The position numbers and the translations under genes were made by a program. The notes below the pieces were generated by a model. That model saw nothing but the letters and a program-made list of their open reading frames with translations, was not told where the DNA came from and did not search any database. A stretch of DNA of 64,000 bases from an uncultured Synergistales bacterium (GTDB lineage Bacteria; Synergistota; Synergistia; Synergistales; Aminobacteriaceae): the NCBI GenBank assembly GCA_905233215.1, contig CAJODC010000002.1, positions 11,013 through 75,012 on the forward strand, given 5' to 3'. This document shows, one piece after another, positions 53,518 through 62,830 of the stretch (positions are counted from its first letter, which is position 1; the number at the start of each line of letters is the position of its first letter).

Positions 53518-54527
53518 TTACTTTCTCCGCCGTCCTGATGACGTTACAACAAAACGCTGTATGCAGATGAACAGCAGCAGCAGTAACCCTGTCGCAATTT
53601 TTCCCCACCATGAGAGAAGATTCCCGTTGAACGTAATCAGCGCAGGAATAACGGATTTCAACAGCACTCCGAAAAGCGTTCCTATCATGTAGCCGACTCC
53701 GCCCGTCAATAACGTTCCACCGATAACAGCGCATGTTATCACTTCGAGTTCGCCGCCCTGCAACGACAAATTCCAGCCGCTTTTAACGTACAGCGCGTAG
53801 CTTATTCCGGCAAGAACCGAGCATAAGCCGTTGAAGCCGTAAACCAAAACTTTTGTGCGTCCTACGGGAAGCCCCATTAGTGAAGCTGACTGCTCATTGC
53901 CTCCGATTGCGTAGATGTTCCGGCCGAAACGGGTACGCTGAAGAATGAACGCTCCGATGATTATCATTACAATGAACAGTATCACGTTGAAATTCACGAA
54001 GGCTATCCAGCAAGCTTCATCAAATATATTTTCCAGCCTGCCAGAGCGTCAATCATCGGGTGATGAATGTCAATAGATTCACGGCTTATCAGGGCGCATA
54101 CTCCCCTAGCCAAAAACATTCCCGTCAATGTCGTTATGAACGCAGGGACATTCAGGTAATGTATCACCCAGCCCATTAACAGGCCGAGACCGACACCGAC
54201 AACAAGAGCGAAGACTATGCAGGTCATCGGGTGAAGGTGCAAAACGCTTGTTCCATAAGCGATGAACATTCCTGTCAAAGAAGCGACAGCACCGACTGAA
54301 AGGTCAATCCCTCCCGTGATGAGTACCATTGTCATTCCTACAGCAGAAATTCCGAAATAGGCGTTGTCAATGAAAAGATTCACGAACGTTCTAACCGTCA
54401 AAAATCCCTTGTCGCCGTAAAGCATTGCACCGACAGCGTAGATAACCAGAAAAATTCCAATCGTTGCGTAAACCATGATGTATTTCGGGTTTGTAAGACG
54501 CGCAAAAAGTGTCTGCTTGTTCTTCAT
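53518..54527 (-). pseudogene. yjfF: Galactofuranose-type ABC transporter permease YjfF, disrupted by a 1-nt frameshift
   Basis: ORFs 54003-54527 (N-half, ..TLTGMFLARGV..HPMIDALAGWKI) and 53518-53997 (C-half, ..QRTRFGRNIYAIGGN..VIGGTLLTGGVG..) together follow E. coli YjfF end to end. The two frames are both open only in 54003-54048. The switch must lie near the A/T-rich GGAAAATATATTTGATG. Confidence 0.75.
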
Positions 54528-55582
54528 GCCCTCGCACCTTCTTTCATGGCCGCACGCTTAGCGAAATACTTTCTCACTGGCTCTGACTGAAGCACTATAA
54601 CTACAGCGATGATTAACGCCTTGAACGCCATAGTTGCCTCAGCGACAATCCCGAAGTAATACACAAACGTTACAATCGTTCTGATTATCAGCGAGCCTAT
54701 CACCGTTCCTGCGAGGCTGAATCTTCCTCCGGCCATGTTAGTTCCGCCGATGACAACGGCTAATATTGCGTCCATCTCAAAATTGAGCCCTGCGTTGTTC
54801 GAGTCGTTCGACATTATGCGGCTTGAGTAAATCAGTCCTGCTATGCCCGACAGAAGCCCCGTTATCATGAACACGATTAGAATGACATTGCCTGCTTTAA
54901 TTCCTGACAGACGGCTCGCGCTGGGATTGACTCCGACAGACTCGACAAACGCTCCGAACGCCGTTTTTCTCGTGAAAAGAGCTACTGCTGCGACAACTAT
55001 TATCGTGATGATTATCGGCATCGGCAGACATAAGAAACTCCCCTGACCGATTACCCTGAAAGGCGAGTAGCCTGTTGTGAACTGCTTGCCGTCCGTCAAA
55101 ATCTGAGCGACTCCGCGTCCGCATACCATTAAAATTAACGTTGCTATTATCGGCTGAATACCGCCTTTTGCGACAAGGAAGCCGTTAAACAGTCCCATTA
55201 ACGCACAGGCTATCAAAGGCACAGCGATAACGAGGACATACGGATAGACTGTATAATCTCCGGGCGTTGTGTAAGTGAGAACGTCCCAGCGCAGGAACTT
55301 CAAAGCGATTGCACCGGCAACGGCAACGAGTGCGCCGACTGACAAGTCAGTGCCTCCGAGAGCGATAACCAGAGTCATTCCCATCGAGATTATTGTGATT
55401 TCCGCTGAACGGTTAACGATGTCAATCAAACTTCCGTAGAGCATTCCTGTCGAGGGCTGATAGCTTATGCTGAAGAAATCCGGCCTTATGATGAAGCACA
55501 CGAGGAGAATTAGAGCTTCAGCGATGACCGCCCAAGTTACTTTTGACTGCATTACCCCTGAGAGGCTGAATTTTTTTGTCAT
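54524..55582 (-). CDS. ytfT: Galactofuranose-type ABC transporter permease YtfT
   Basis: 352 aa. GSLIDIVNRSAEITIISMGMTLVIALGGTDLSVGA, QPIIATLILMVCGRGVAQ and NNAGLNFEMDAILAVVIGGTNMAGGRF parallel recalled E. coli YtfT. Confidence 0.85.
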   Translation of the reverse strand: MTKKFSLSGVMQSKVTWAVIAEALILLVCFIIRPDFFSISYQPSTGMLYGSLIDIVNRSAEITIISMGMTLVIALGGTDLSVGALVAVAGAIALKFLRWDVLTYTTPGDYTVYPYVLVIAVPLIACALMGLFNGFLVAKGGIQPIIATLILMVCGRGVAQILTDGKQFTTGYSPFRVIGQGSFLCLPMPIIITIIVVAAVALFTRKTAFGAFVESVGVNPSASRLSGIKAGNVILIVFMITGLLSGIAGLIYSSRIMSNDSNNAGLNFEMDAILAVVIGGTNMAGGRFSLAGTVIGSLIIRTIVTFVYYFGIVAEATMAFKALIIAVVIVLQSEPVRKYFAKRAAMKEGARA

Positions 55583-57085
55583 TTACGCTGCCCCCTCCGC
55601 TATTATTCTCAAAATGTCCTGCTGAGTGCATGACGCTCCGTCAACTTCAGCGACCTTTTCACGATCCCTCATGATTATGACTCTGTTTGAGCATCGAATT
55701 ATTTCGTCAAGTTCGGAACTTATGAAGATTACTGAGACACCGTCACGGCACATTTCCAGCATTAGTCTCTGAATTTCGGCCTTCGCTCCAATGTCAATGC
55801 CTCTCGTGGGCTCATCGAGTATCAAAACTTTCGGACTTGCTGCAATCCAGCGGGCCAATATGACTTTCTGTTGATTACCGCCGGACAGCTCACCGGCTTT
55901 TTTCTCGCAGTCAGGAGTAGCGATGCCGAGAAGAGCTATATACTTGTCTGCCAGCTCTGTCTGTTCCTGACGCGTCATAGGCTTCATGAAACCTTTTCGA
56001 GACTGCACGGCAAGCATGATATTCTCACGTATCGACAAGTCGCCGATGATGCCGTCCCTTTTTCTGTCTTCAGGGCAAAAAGCGAGCTGTGATTTTATCG
56101 CGTCAAAAGGCTGTTTGATTTCGATTTTTTCACCGTCAAGATATATATCGCCCTTAACAGTTTTGACCGCTCCGAAAAGCATTTCAGCCGTCTCAGTTCT
56201 TCCGCTCCCCAAAAGCCCGGCGAAGCCGACAAGTTCCCCTCTCTTTACAGTCAAGGAGATGTCATCAATTTTTGAGCCGTCGCCGATATGTTCAGCCTTC
56301 AGCATGACGGGGGCATCGGGCGAAACTTCAGCGCGTTTGAGGCTGAATATAACGTCCATGTCCTTTCCGACCATTTTTGTTACAAGCTCAACCTTTCCGA
56401 GTTCGTCAATATTGTAAGTGCCGATAAGATGACCGTTGCGCAAAATCGTCATTCTGTCAGAAACGGCGTAAATCTGATCAAGAAAGTGAGTGATGAAAAT
56501 TATTCCCATTCCTGACGCTTTTAACTCTCTCATGACGCTGAAAAGCAGCTGCACTTCGTTTTCATCAAGGGAGCTTGTCGGCTCATCGAGTATCAACACT
56601 TTCGCTTGAACGTCAACGGCTCTTGCTATTGATGTCATCTGCTGAATTGCTGTCGAGTAATAAGACAGAGGGCGCGTAACGTCAATGTCAAGATGAAAAC
56701 GATTCATCAATTCTTCGGCTCTCTTGTTGATTTCGTTCCAATCGATTCCGCCGTGCTTCATGGGCTGACGGCCGACAAAAATATTTTCCGCAACGCTCAG
56801 ATTCGGGCATAGATTCACTTCCTGAAAGACTGTCGAAATTCCAAGAGACATCGCCTCGTTAGGTCCTGAAGGGTTAATTTCATGGCCGTCAAGAAGAATA
56901 GTGCCCGAGTCTTTTTTGTTTACACCTGTGATGCACTTGATTAGGGTAGATTTTCCTGCGCCGTTTTCGCCGAGAAGCGAATGAATTTCACCTTCTCTCA
57001 GCGTAAAGTCAACACCGTCAAGAGCCTTAACGCCCGGAAATTGAATCGTTATACCCCTCATTTCAAGAATATTTTTTCCCGGCAT
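55583..57085 (-). CDS. ytfR: Galactofuranose-type ABC transporter ATP-binding protein YtfR (duplicated ABC)
   Basis: FPGVKALDGVDFTLREGEIHSLLGENGAGKSTLIK.., VLILDEPTSSLD, THFLDQIYAVSDRMTILRNG, GLLGSGRTE, LSGGNQQKV, LILDEPTRGIDVGA closely follow recalled E. coli YtfR. ATG at 57085 is preferred (AAGGAG 8 nt upstream); a GTG at 57094 is also possible. Confidence 0.9.
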   Translation of the reverse strand: MPGKNILEMRGITIQFPGVKALDGVDFTLREGEIHSLLGENGAGKSTLIKCITGVNKKDSGTILLDGHEINPSGPNEAMSLGISTVFQEVNLCPNLSVAENIFVGRQPMKHGGIDWNEINKRAEELMNRFHLDIDVTRPLSYYSTAIQQMTSIARAVDVQAKVLILDEPTSSLDENEVQLLFSVMRELKASGMGIIFITHFLDQIYAVSDRMTILRNGHLIGTYNIDELGKVELVTKMVGKDMDVIFSLKRAEVSPDAPVMLKAEHIGDGSKIDDISLTVKRGELVGFAGLLGSGRTETAEMLFGAVKTVKGDIYLDGEKIEIKQPFDAIKSQLAFCPEDRKRDGIIGDLSIRENIMLAVQSRKGFMKPMTRQEQTELADKYIALLGIATPDCEKKAGELSGGNQQKVILARWIAASPKVLILDEPTRGIDIGAKAEIQRLMLEMCRDGVSVIFISSELDEIIRCSNRVIIMRDREKVAEVDGASCTQQDILRIIAEGAA

Positions 57086-57097
57086 TATACTCACTCC

Positions 57098-58060
57098 TTA
57101 TTTGATGACTTTCAGTGCTTTTCTGTCAATCGTGAGAGCTACGAAAATCAGGAATACAACGCCCTTGATTAACTGCTGTGTCGCCGAGTCGTAACCGAGC
57201 ATGACCAGTCCGTTATTCAAAACTGTATACATCAAAGTTCCGACAACGATATTAGAGAATCTGACTTTTGAACCGCCCGTTATCGGAAGGCCTCCGAGTA
57301 CGAGAGAGATTAGAATCTGTGTCTCAAGCTGATTCCCTGCTGTTGAAGTGATTGAGCCTACTTTGATTACGTTGACGAAAGCTGCAAGACCCGTCAAAGC
57401 ACCGGCAGCAACGAACGCAAAAAATTTCACTCTGTCAGTCCTAACGCCTGAGAATCTCGCGGCCGTTTCTCCTGAGCCTGTAGCCTTGACATCATTGCCG
57501 ATTCTCGTGAACTTGAACAGGAAAAACGCAACGATAAGCACCGCAAGGGTTATCCCGATTTTCAGGTTGTCGCTGTCGAGTGCCTTAATAGCCGCTGAAG
57601 CAGGTACAGCCGTTTCAGTCGTGAAGTAAGCGCACACGCCCCTAAATAAATACATTGTGCAGATCGTAACAATGAAGCTCTGTAACCTGAATCTCACGTG
57701 GAAAAATCCATTTACGGCACCGATAGCAGCTCCCGTCAAAATTCCTCCGACAACCGCAAGAGGAATTGAATAAAATGAAAGCTGTGAAATCACGATTGAA
57801 GCAACGCCGAGCGTAGAGCCCTCTGTGAAATCAATCGAGCCGAGAGTCATAACGAAGAAAACGCCCGTAGCAACTATCATAGGGTAATAAACCTGTGAAA
57901 GAAGGAGGCGCAGTCTTTTCGGCTGCATAATTCTTCCGTCAGTAAGCCAATACATCACACCGAGTATCACAACGAGGCCGATAAACGGCAGAAGCCCTTT
58001 GAACGTATCACTATCAAGAATTGACGGTCTCATTTCATCATTTTTAGCCATAATTTTCAC
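57098..58060 (-). CDS. CUT2-family sugar ABC transporter permease (second inserted system)
   Basis: 320 aa in the BPD_transp_2 pattern (GSIDFTEGSTLG.., TRIGNDVKATGSGETAARFSGV, GGLPITGG). Confidence 0.85.
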   Translation of the reverse strand: MKIMAKNDEMRPSILDSDTFKGLLPFIGLVVILGVMYWLTDGRIMQPKRLRLLLSQVYYPMIVATGVFFVMTLGSIDFTEGSTLGVASIVISQLSFYSIPLAVVGGILTGAAIGAVNGFFHVRFRLQSFIVTICTMYLFRGVCAYFTTETAVPASAAIKALDSDNLKIGITLAVLIVAFFLFKFTRIGNDVKATGSGETAARFSGVRTDRVKFFAFVAAGALTGLAAFVNVIKVGSITSTAGNQLETQILISLVLGGLPITGGSKVRFSNIVVGTLMYTVLNNGLVMLGYDSATQQLIKGVVFLIFVALTIDRKALKVIK

Positions 58061-58064
58061 CTGC

Positions 58065-59558
58065 CTATACCATTTTTGCGATTAAGTCCTCTTCACTGAG
58101 AGACTCGCTGCGCATAAATTCCCCGTTAATCTTTCCGTCCTTCATGATTAGTATTCTGTCCGACATTCCCAATAATTCCGGGATTTCCTCGCTAATCATG
58201 ATGATAGATTTTCCCTGCGCCGTTAACTCCTGCATGAGTGCGTAAATTGCCTGCTTGACTTTTACGTCAATGCCTCTTGTCGGCGAGTCGAGAACGAGAA
58301 TATCGCTCCCCTTTCCCAGCCATCGAGCCAATACGACTTTTTGTTTGTTTCCGCCTGACAGGTCGCTGACGAGTTGATGAATGCCCTGCATTTTCGTCTG
58401 CATTTTTTCGGCGTACTCCTGAGCAAAATGATTCAGCTTACCGGCCTTCAGCAAGTGAGACTCCGCAAGGTCATCAAGAGAAGGCAGAACGATATTATTT
58501 CTGATCGACTCGTTGAGGATTATTGACTCGTTGTCGCGGTCCTTCGAGGCGTAAGCTATCGAGTGCTTGACTGCTGACGGAATGTCATTGATTGCTGTAC
58601 CGTCAGAGAGCGTTACAGTCCCTGACCTGTCAAGAGAAGCACCGAACACGGCTTTTCCGACCTCGTGCATTCCGCATTCGCTTAGACCGCCGAAACCGAG
58701 TATCTCGCCCCTGTGAAGGTCAAAGCTGATGTTCTCAATCTGCCCGGGCACGGTAACATTTTTGACGCTGAGTACAACTTCGGGGGATATTGCTTTCCCG
58801 TAGTCTGTCCTGTAGTAGGCACTCCCGATTTCACGCCCGACCATTAAGCGTTTCAATCCGTCCTCGTCAATTTCGCTGGCCTTCACGGTGTCGATGTATT
58901 CGCCGTCTCTGAGAATGCTGATTGTGTCGCAGTGCGTCAATATTTCGTTAAGGTCATGGCTGATGAATATTACGCTGCGTCCGTCAGCCTTCACCGAGTC
59001 CATTATCTTGTACAGTTCGAGTCTTCCGTTCTGGGACAATGCCGTTGTAGTTTCGTCAACTATCAAAATTTTCGGCTTCATGTAAGTTGCCTTGACGATT
59101 TCCACTAACTTTCTGTCCTCAAAGTTATAGCTGTCAATCATCGCTCCTGCCCTTATGCTGTTGAAGCCGTAAGCGTCAAGAAGTTTCTGGCCTTCACGGA
59201 TCATCGCTCTTGTGTTCTTGATGCCGTGACTCATGAATGGCTCTTCATGTCCCAAGAAAATATTTTCAGCAACGGTGAGACCGGAAAGAGTTCCCATTTC
59301 CTGAACGATTATTGACACTCCGAGCTTGTTGGCTTCAACCTGATTTTTGACGTTGACGACTTGACCGTCAAGAGTGAAAGTGCCTCCGCCGATTGTGTAA
59401 ATTCCGCACAGCATTTGACAGAATGTCGATTTGCCCGAACCGTTTTCGCCGATTAACGCTCTGATTTCTCCTGCTGAAACATCAATGCTCACATCGTTCA
59501 CGGCGTGAGTGATTCCGAAACGTTTATCAATGTGTTCTGCTTTGAGTAATACGCTCAT
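58065..59558 (-). CDS. CUT2-family sugar ABC transporter ATP-binding protein (duplicated ABC)
   Basis: GENGSGKST, ILIVDETTTALS, LSGGNKQKV, LVLDSPTRGIDV. ATG at 59558 is preferred; a TTG at 59564 is also possible. Confidence 0.9.
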   Translation of the reverse strand: MSVLLKAEHIDKRFGITHAVNDVSIDVSAGEIRALIGENGSGKSTFCQMLCGIYTIGGGTFTLDGQVVNVKNQVEANKLGVSIIVQEMGTLSGLTVAENIFLGHEEPFMSHGIKNTRAMIREGQKLLDAYGFNSIRAGAMIDSYNFEDRKLVEIVKATYMKPKILIVDETTTALSQNGRLELYKIMDSVKADGRSVIFISHDLNEILTHCDTISILRDGEYIDTVKASEIDEDGLKRLMVGREIGSAYYRTDYGKAISPEVVLSVKNVTVPGQIENISFDLHRGEILGFGGLSECGMHEVGKAVFGASLDRSGTVTLSDGTAINDIPSAVKHSIAYASKDRDNESIILNESIRNNIVLPSLDDLAESHLLKAGKLNHFAQEYAEKMQTKMQGIHQLVSDLSGGNKQKVVLARWLGKGSDILVLDSPTRGIDVKVKQAIYALMQELTAQGKSIIMISEEIPELLGMSDRILIMKDGKINGEFMRSESLSEEDLIAKMV

Positions 59559-59573
59559 AATCAATCACCCTTT

Positions 59574-60515
59574 CTACTTGATGACGGAACCTCGTCCGCC
59601 GCGTGCCGTCAATGTAACAATCGCAAGAAGCGCGGCGCCTGTAACAACGTTCTGAATAGTTGTCGGTGCGCCTAAAGCAACAAAGCCGTTGAAAATTATT
59701 GCGATGATAAACTCTCCGATGACTATCGCGCTTATCGGGTTGCCGTATTTCCTGAAAGCAACTCCGAAGAACGTACCCATTAGAGGCTGAAAGTTCCTGC
59801 TCATTGTCGACATGCCCGTTAACGCCGTCATTGTTGTTCCGTAAGAGACGGTCAAAATTGCCATGATGCCGACAAAAAAGTGAAGCAGAGCAAAGCCTAT
59901 GAGCTTATATTTTTTGACATCAATTCCCATGTTCTTTGCTGTAAATTCGTTGCTTCCGATTGCGTTGCAGTAAGTGCCGATTCTTGTGTAATTCAAGATA
60001 AACCACATTAGAGCAAACGCGAGGAAGGCAAGAATAATATTGCCCGGTGCGCCCGAAAAGAATCTCAATTCCGGAGCTAACGTCTGTTTTACGCCTCCTG
60101 CCGCAAAAACCGCAACGCTCTCAAGAATCAGCATTATTCCGACAGTAACGATCATTGACGGAACGTTGAGACGGTTATAAAGCATTCCGATTATGATTCC
60201 TATCAGCGTTCCGCAGCCGAGACAGCCAACGATGAAACCGGCGTAACCGAATTTTTCGGACAGTATGACACCGACTATTGACGACAAAACGATATTCGCG
60301 CCGACAGCGAAGTCAAACAGTCCCATAACAACAATGAAATATAAACCGCAGCCGCCTACGGAATAAATGATTGATGACTGGAAATACGAGAAAAGATTTG
60401 CGGGGCTTCCGAAATTTGACGGTGAAAGGAATTTGAATACCGCGTAAAAGAACAGAACCATAACGGCCAGAATCATGAAGCCGAAAAATTTACTGTTCCT
60501 GAAACTTTTGCCCAT
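59574..60515 (-). CDS. CUT2-family sugar ABC transporter permease
   Basis: 313 aa in the BPD_transp_2 pattern (FDFAVGANIV, TRIGTYCNAIGSNEFTAKNMGI). AAGGAG RBS. Confidence 0.85.
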   Translation of the reverse strand: MGKSFRNSKFFGFMILAVMVLFFYAVFKFLSPSNFGSPANLFSYFQSSIIYSVGGCGLYFIVVMGLFDFAVGANIVLSSIVGVILSEKFGYAGFIVGCLGCGTLIGIIIGMLYNRLNVPSMIVTVGIMLILESVAVFAAGGVKQTLAPELRFFSGAPGNIILAFLAFALMWFILNYTRIGTYCNAIGSNEFTAKNMGIDVKKYKLIGFALLHFFVGIMAILTVSYGTTMTALTGMSTMSRNFQPLMGTFFGVAFRKYGNPISAIVIGEFIIAIIFNGFVALGAPTTIQNVVTGAALLAIVTLTARGGRGSVIK

Positions 60516-60538
60516 GAGTTAACACTCCTTTATTATGC

Positions 60539-60569
60539 AAAAAAAATGAGGCCGGAATCGTGTCCGACC
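60539..60569 (-). terminator. Intra-operon hairpin plus U8 (attenuating terminator) after the binding-protein gene
   Basis: Minus strand GGUCGGA-CACGAU-UCCGGCC (7 bp, one G-U pair) followed by UCAUUUUUUUU. It lies between the SBP stop (60589) and the permease start (60515). Confidence 0.6.
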
Positions 60570-60588
60570 CCATCAATTTATGACATCA

Positions 60589-61710
60589 CTACTTTGAATG
60601 ACGCGATACAACGTCTTCAACCGAAAGTTTTGCACAGGCTGCTGCTAACTCGTCATAGCTGAGTTCGGCAAGCGCTTTGATTTCTTCCTCGTTGTAGGGA
60701 AGCTGATCGCCCGTGAAGAATTTTGCGTATTTCTCGTAGTCCTCAGGGGAGGCAACATACATGTACGGGAAGACCATATCGTGGAAGCCGTCAGTACTTG
60801 CCGCGAACTTTCCGCGAATCGTGTTGTAGACCATCAGGAACGCGAAGAAGGGGTCTGCGTAATGTCCGCCAGACTCGGCCGCCATTGCACCGCTCTTGAG
60901 TTTTGCGTCAAGGTCGGGAAGGAAGTCGGTCGATACTACAGCGATTTTGCCTGTGAGACCTTTTGCTTCGATTGCCGCGATTGCTCCGAGAAGAGTATCC
61001 CCGCCGCCGCCTGCCACGATGAGAGCGTCAATGTCCGGGTTAGCGTCAATGATCGCTTCGGCTGTCGCGCGTCCCGTGTCGGTGGTTGTGCGTCCGTACT
61101 GAGGATCAAGCAGTACTACTTTGTCATCAGGGTGTTCAGCGTTCCATGTCTCAACACCGGCCTTGTAGCCTGCCCAGCGTCCCAAGAACGTAGCATCGCC
61201 GGGTTCCCAGCCTTCGAGACCGATTTTTCTGCAGCCCTTCTGACCTGCGAGAATGAGAACGAGGTTTTTGCCGTTGTCGAACTCTGACTCGTGGACTGCT
61301 CCGACATAGTACTTTGACTCACATGCCTGCTTGTATTCGTCAGGGTTAGCGTCTTTGTCAATCACTCTGAAGAACTGAGCTACATACACTTCATTCTCAT
61401 CGCATGTCTTGATGACTGAGCCCATTTCCGCGCTTGCACTGTTGCAGATGATCATACCGTCGCAGCCGGCAAGGGCGAGAGTTTCCGCGCTTGATGTAAC
61501 CTGCTCAGAGATATGAGCCTGATCGACCCACTGAGTCTCAACGCCGAGTGCCTTCGCTGCTGCGTCAATCATTCTTTTGCACTCACTGCCGAGAGTGTCA
61601 GTTGATGACCAAATGGAGATTCCGATTTTCATCGGTGCTGCGAAAACTGCCGGAGCTGTCCCGAAAATCATCGAGACCGCAAGAATTGAAGCGATTAACT
61701 TTCTTTTCAT
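60589..61710 (-). CDS. Sugar ABC transporter substrate-binding protein (type I periplasmic binding fold)
   Basis: 373 aa with a signal peptide (MKRKLIASILAVSMIFGTAPAVFA) and a Peripla_BP-like layout (KIGISIWS.., DGMIICN.., DALIVAGGGGDTLLGAIAAIEAKG). AGGAGG RBS. Ligand unknown. Confidence 0.8.
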   Translation of the reverse strand: MKRKLIASILAVSMIFGTAPAVFAAPMKIGISIWSSTDTLGSECKRMIDAAAKALGVETQWVDQAHISEQVTSSAETLALAGCDGMIICNSASAEMGSVIKTCDENEVYVAQFFRVIDKDANPDEYKQACESKYYVGAVHESEFDNGKNLVLILAGQKGCRKIGLEGWEPGDATFLGRWAGYKAGVETWNAEHPDDKVVLLDPQYGRTTTDTGRATAEAIIDANPDIDALIVAGGGGDTLLGAIAAIEAKGLTGKIAVVSTDFLPDLDAKLKSGAMAAESGGHYADPFFAFLMVYNTIRGKFAASTDGFHDMVFPYMYVASPEDYEKYAKFFTGDQLPYNEEEIKALAELSYDELAAACAKLSVEDVVSRHSK

Positions 61711-61736
61711 GATTTTTTTTCCTCCTGAATGATGAA

Positions 61737-62729
61737 TTAGTACCTGCGCTGTGAAATAACGTCAGCGGCTTTCACTGACTTCACTGAACCTAAATCGACT
61801 CCGCCGTCCATGTCGAATACGCCCTCTTCAGGGTGAACAACTGTTTTGTCGAACTTCTCGCCGCGTTCAAGTGCTTCAATCGTGGGAACAACAAACGCGC
61901 CGTAAAGCGGAGTGCATTCAACCGTACAATTCATTTCGCCCGCAACGATTGCGTCAAAAGCTGCTTTGACCGAGTCACAGCCGACAATGATAATGTCCTT
62001 TCCGGGAACTTTTCCGGCTGCTTTGATTGCGTCAATCGCGCCGAGTGCCATGTCATCATTCTGAGCGATGAGTACATCAATTTTCGGAATCGACTTCAGC
62101 CAGCTTTCCATTACTGCCTGACCCTCAGCCCTTGTGAAGTTTCCTGACTGCTGACCGACAAGCTTCAAATGCGGATATTCTTTCAGTGCCTTCAGGTTCC
62201 CTTCAGTGCGTCCCGTCTGAGCCGATGCGCCTGTTGTGCCTTCCATGATTACGATGTTGACATCTTCATCACCGCGACCGGCTTTCTTGAGGTACTCGCC
62301 TGCCCAAGCGACCTGCCTTCTGCCTTCTTCGACGAAATCACCGCCGAACGCAGCAACATAGTCAATCTTGTCTGCGCAGTCGGGAAGCCTGTCGATTAAA
62401 AGCAGAGGGATTTCAGCTTCGTTGACTTCCTTCAAAACTTCGTCCCAGCCTGTTGAGACAACGCCCGTGAAGAGTATGTAGTCAACATTCTGCGTGATGA
62501 AATTTCGGAGAGCCTTAATCTGATTCTCCTGCTTCTGCTGGCCGTCATCGTAGACGAGTTTCCAGCCCGGGTGATTCTCGATTGCCGAACGCAAATCGTC
62601 AGTGTTGGCAGTGCGCCAGTCTGATTCCTGACCGATCTGTGAGAAGGCGATCACAACGTCCTTCGCGCTGGCAGCCGAAACGCCGACAAGCAACGCAAGC
62701 AAAACGGTGAAACAAAAAACTTTCTTCAT
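61737..62729 (-). CDS. ytfQ: Galactofuranose-binding ABC substrate-binding protein YtfQ
   Basis: Start moved to the ATG at 62729 (GGAGGG RBS 10 nt upstream). IAFSQIGQESDWRTANT.., DDGQQKQENQIKALRNFITQNVDYILF, TGWDEVLKEVNEAEIPLLLIDR, QSGNFTRAEGQAVMESW and NDDMALGAIDAIKAAGKVPGKDI closely follow recalled E. coli YtfQ. Confidence 0.9.
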   Translation of the reverse strand: MKKVFCFTVLLALLVGVSAASAKDVVIAFSQIGQESDWRTANTDDLRSAIENHPGWKLVYDDGQQKQENQIKALRNFITQNVDYILFTGVVSTGWDEVLKEVNEAEIPLLLIDRLPDCADKIDYVAAFGGDFVEEGRRQVAWAGEYLKKAGRGDEDVNIVIMEGTTGASAQTGRTEGNLKALKEYPHLKLVGQQSGNFTRAEGQAVMESWLKSIPKIDVLIAQNDDMALGAIDAIKAAGKVPGKDIIIVGCDSVKAAFDAIVAGEMNCTVECTPLYGAFVVPTIEALERGEKFDKTVVHPEEGVFDMDGGVDLGSVKSVKAADVISQRRY

Positions 62730-62830
62730 AAGAAAATTTCCCTCCATGCGTAAAATTTGTATAATTGAAATGTCTGAATGCTACACCAAACTTGTGAAAA
62801 TTTCAATTTGTAAGGAGGCTGAATTTTTTT

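Noticed and set aside
53518-54527. Treating 54003-54527 and 53518-53997 as two separate small permease genes
   Set aside because: Each covers only half of the YjfF fold (about 5 TM each) and the break falls within a TM segment. The frames differ by one nucleotide and share a 46-nt window in which both are open. A frameshifted single gene is the simpler explanation.
60781-61287. 168-aa plus-strand ORF
   Set aside because: It is antisense to the 373-aa substrate-binding protein gene, which has a signal peptide, an RBS and operon context.
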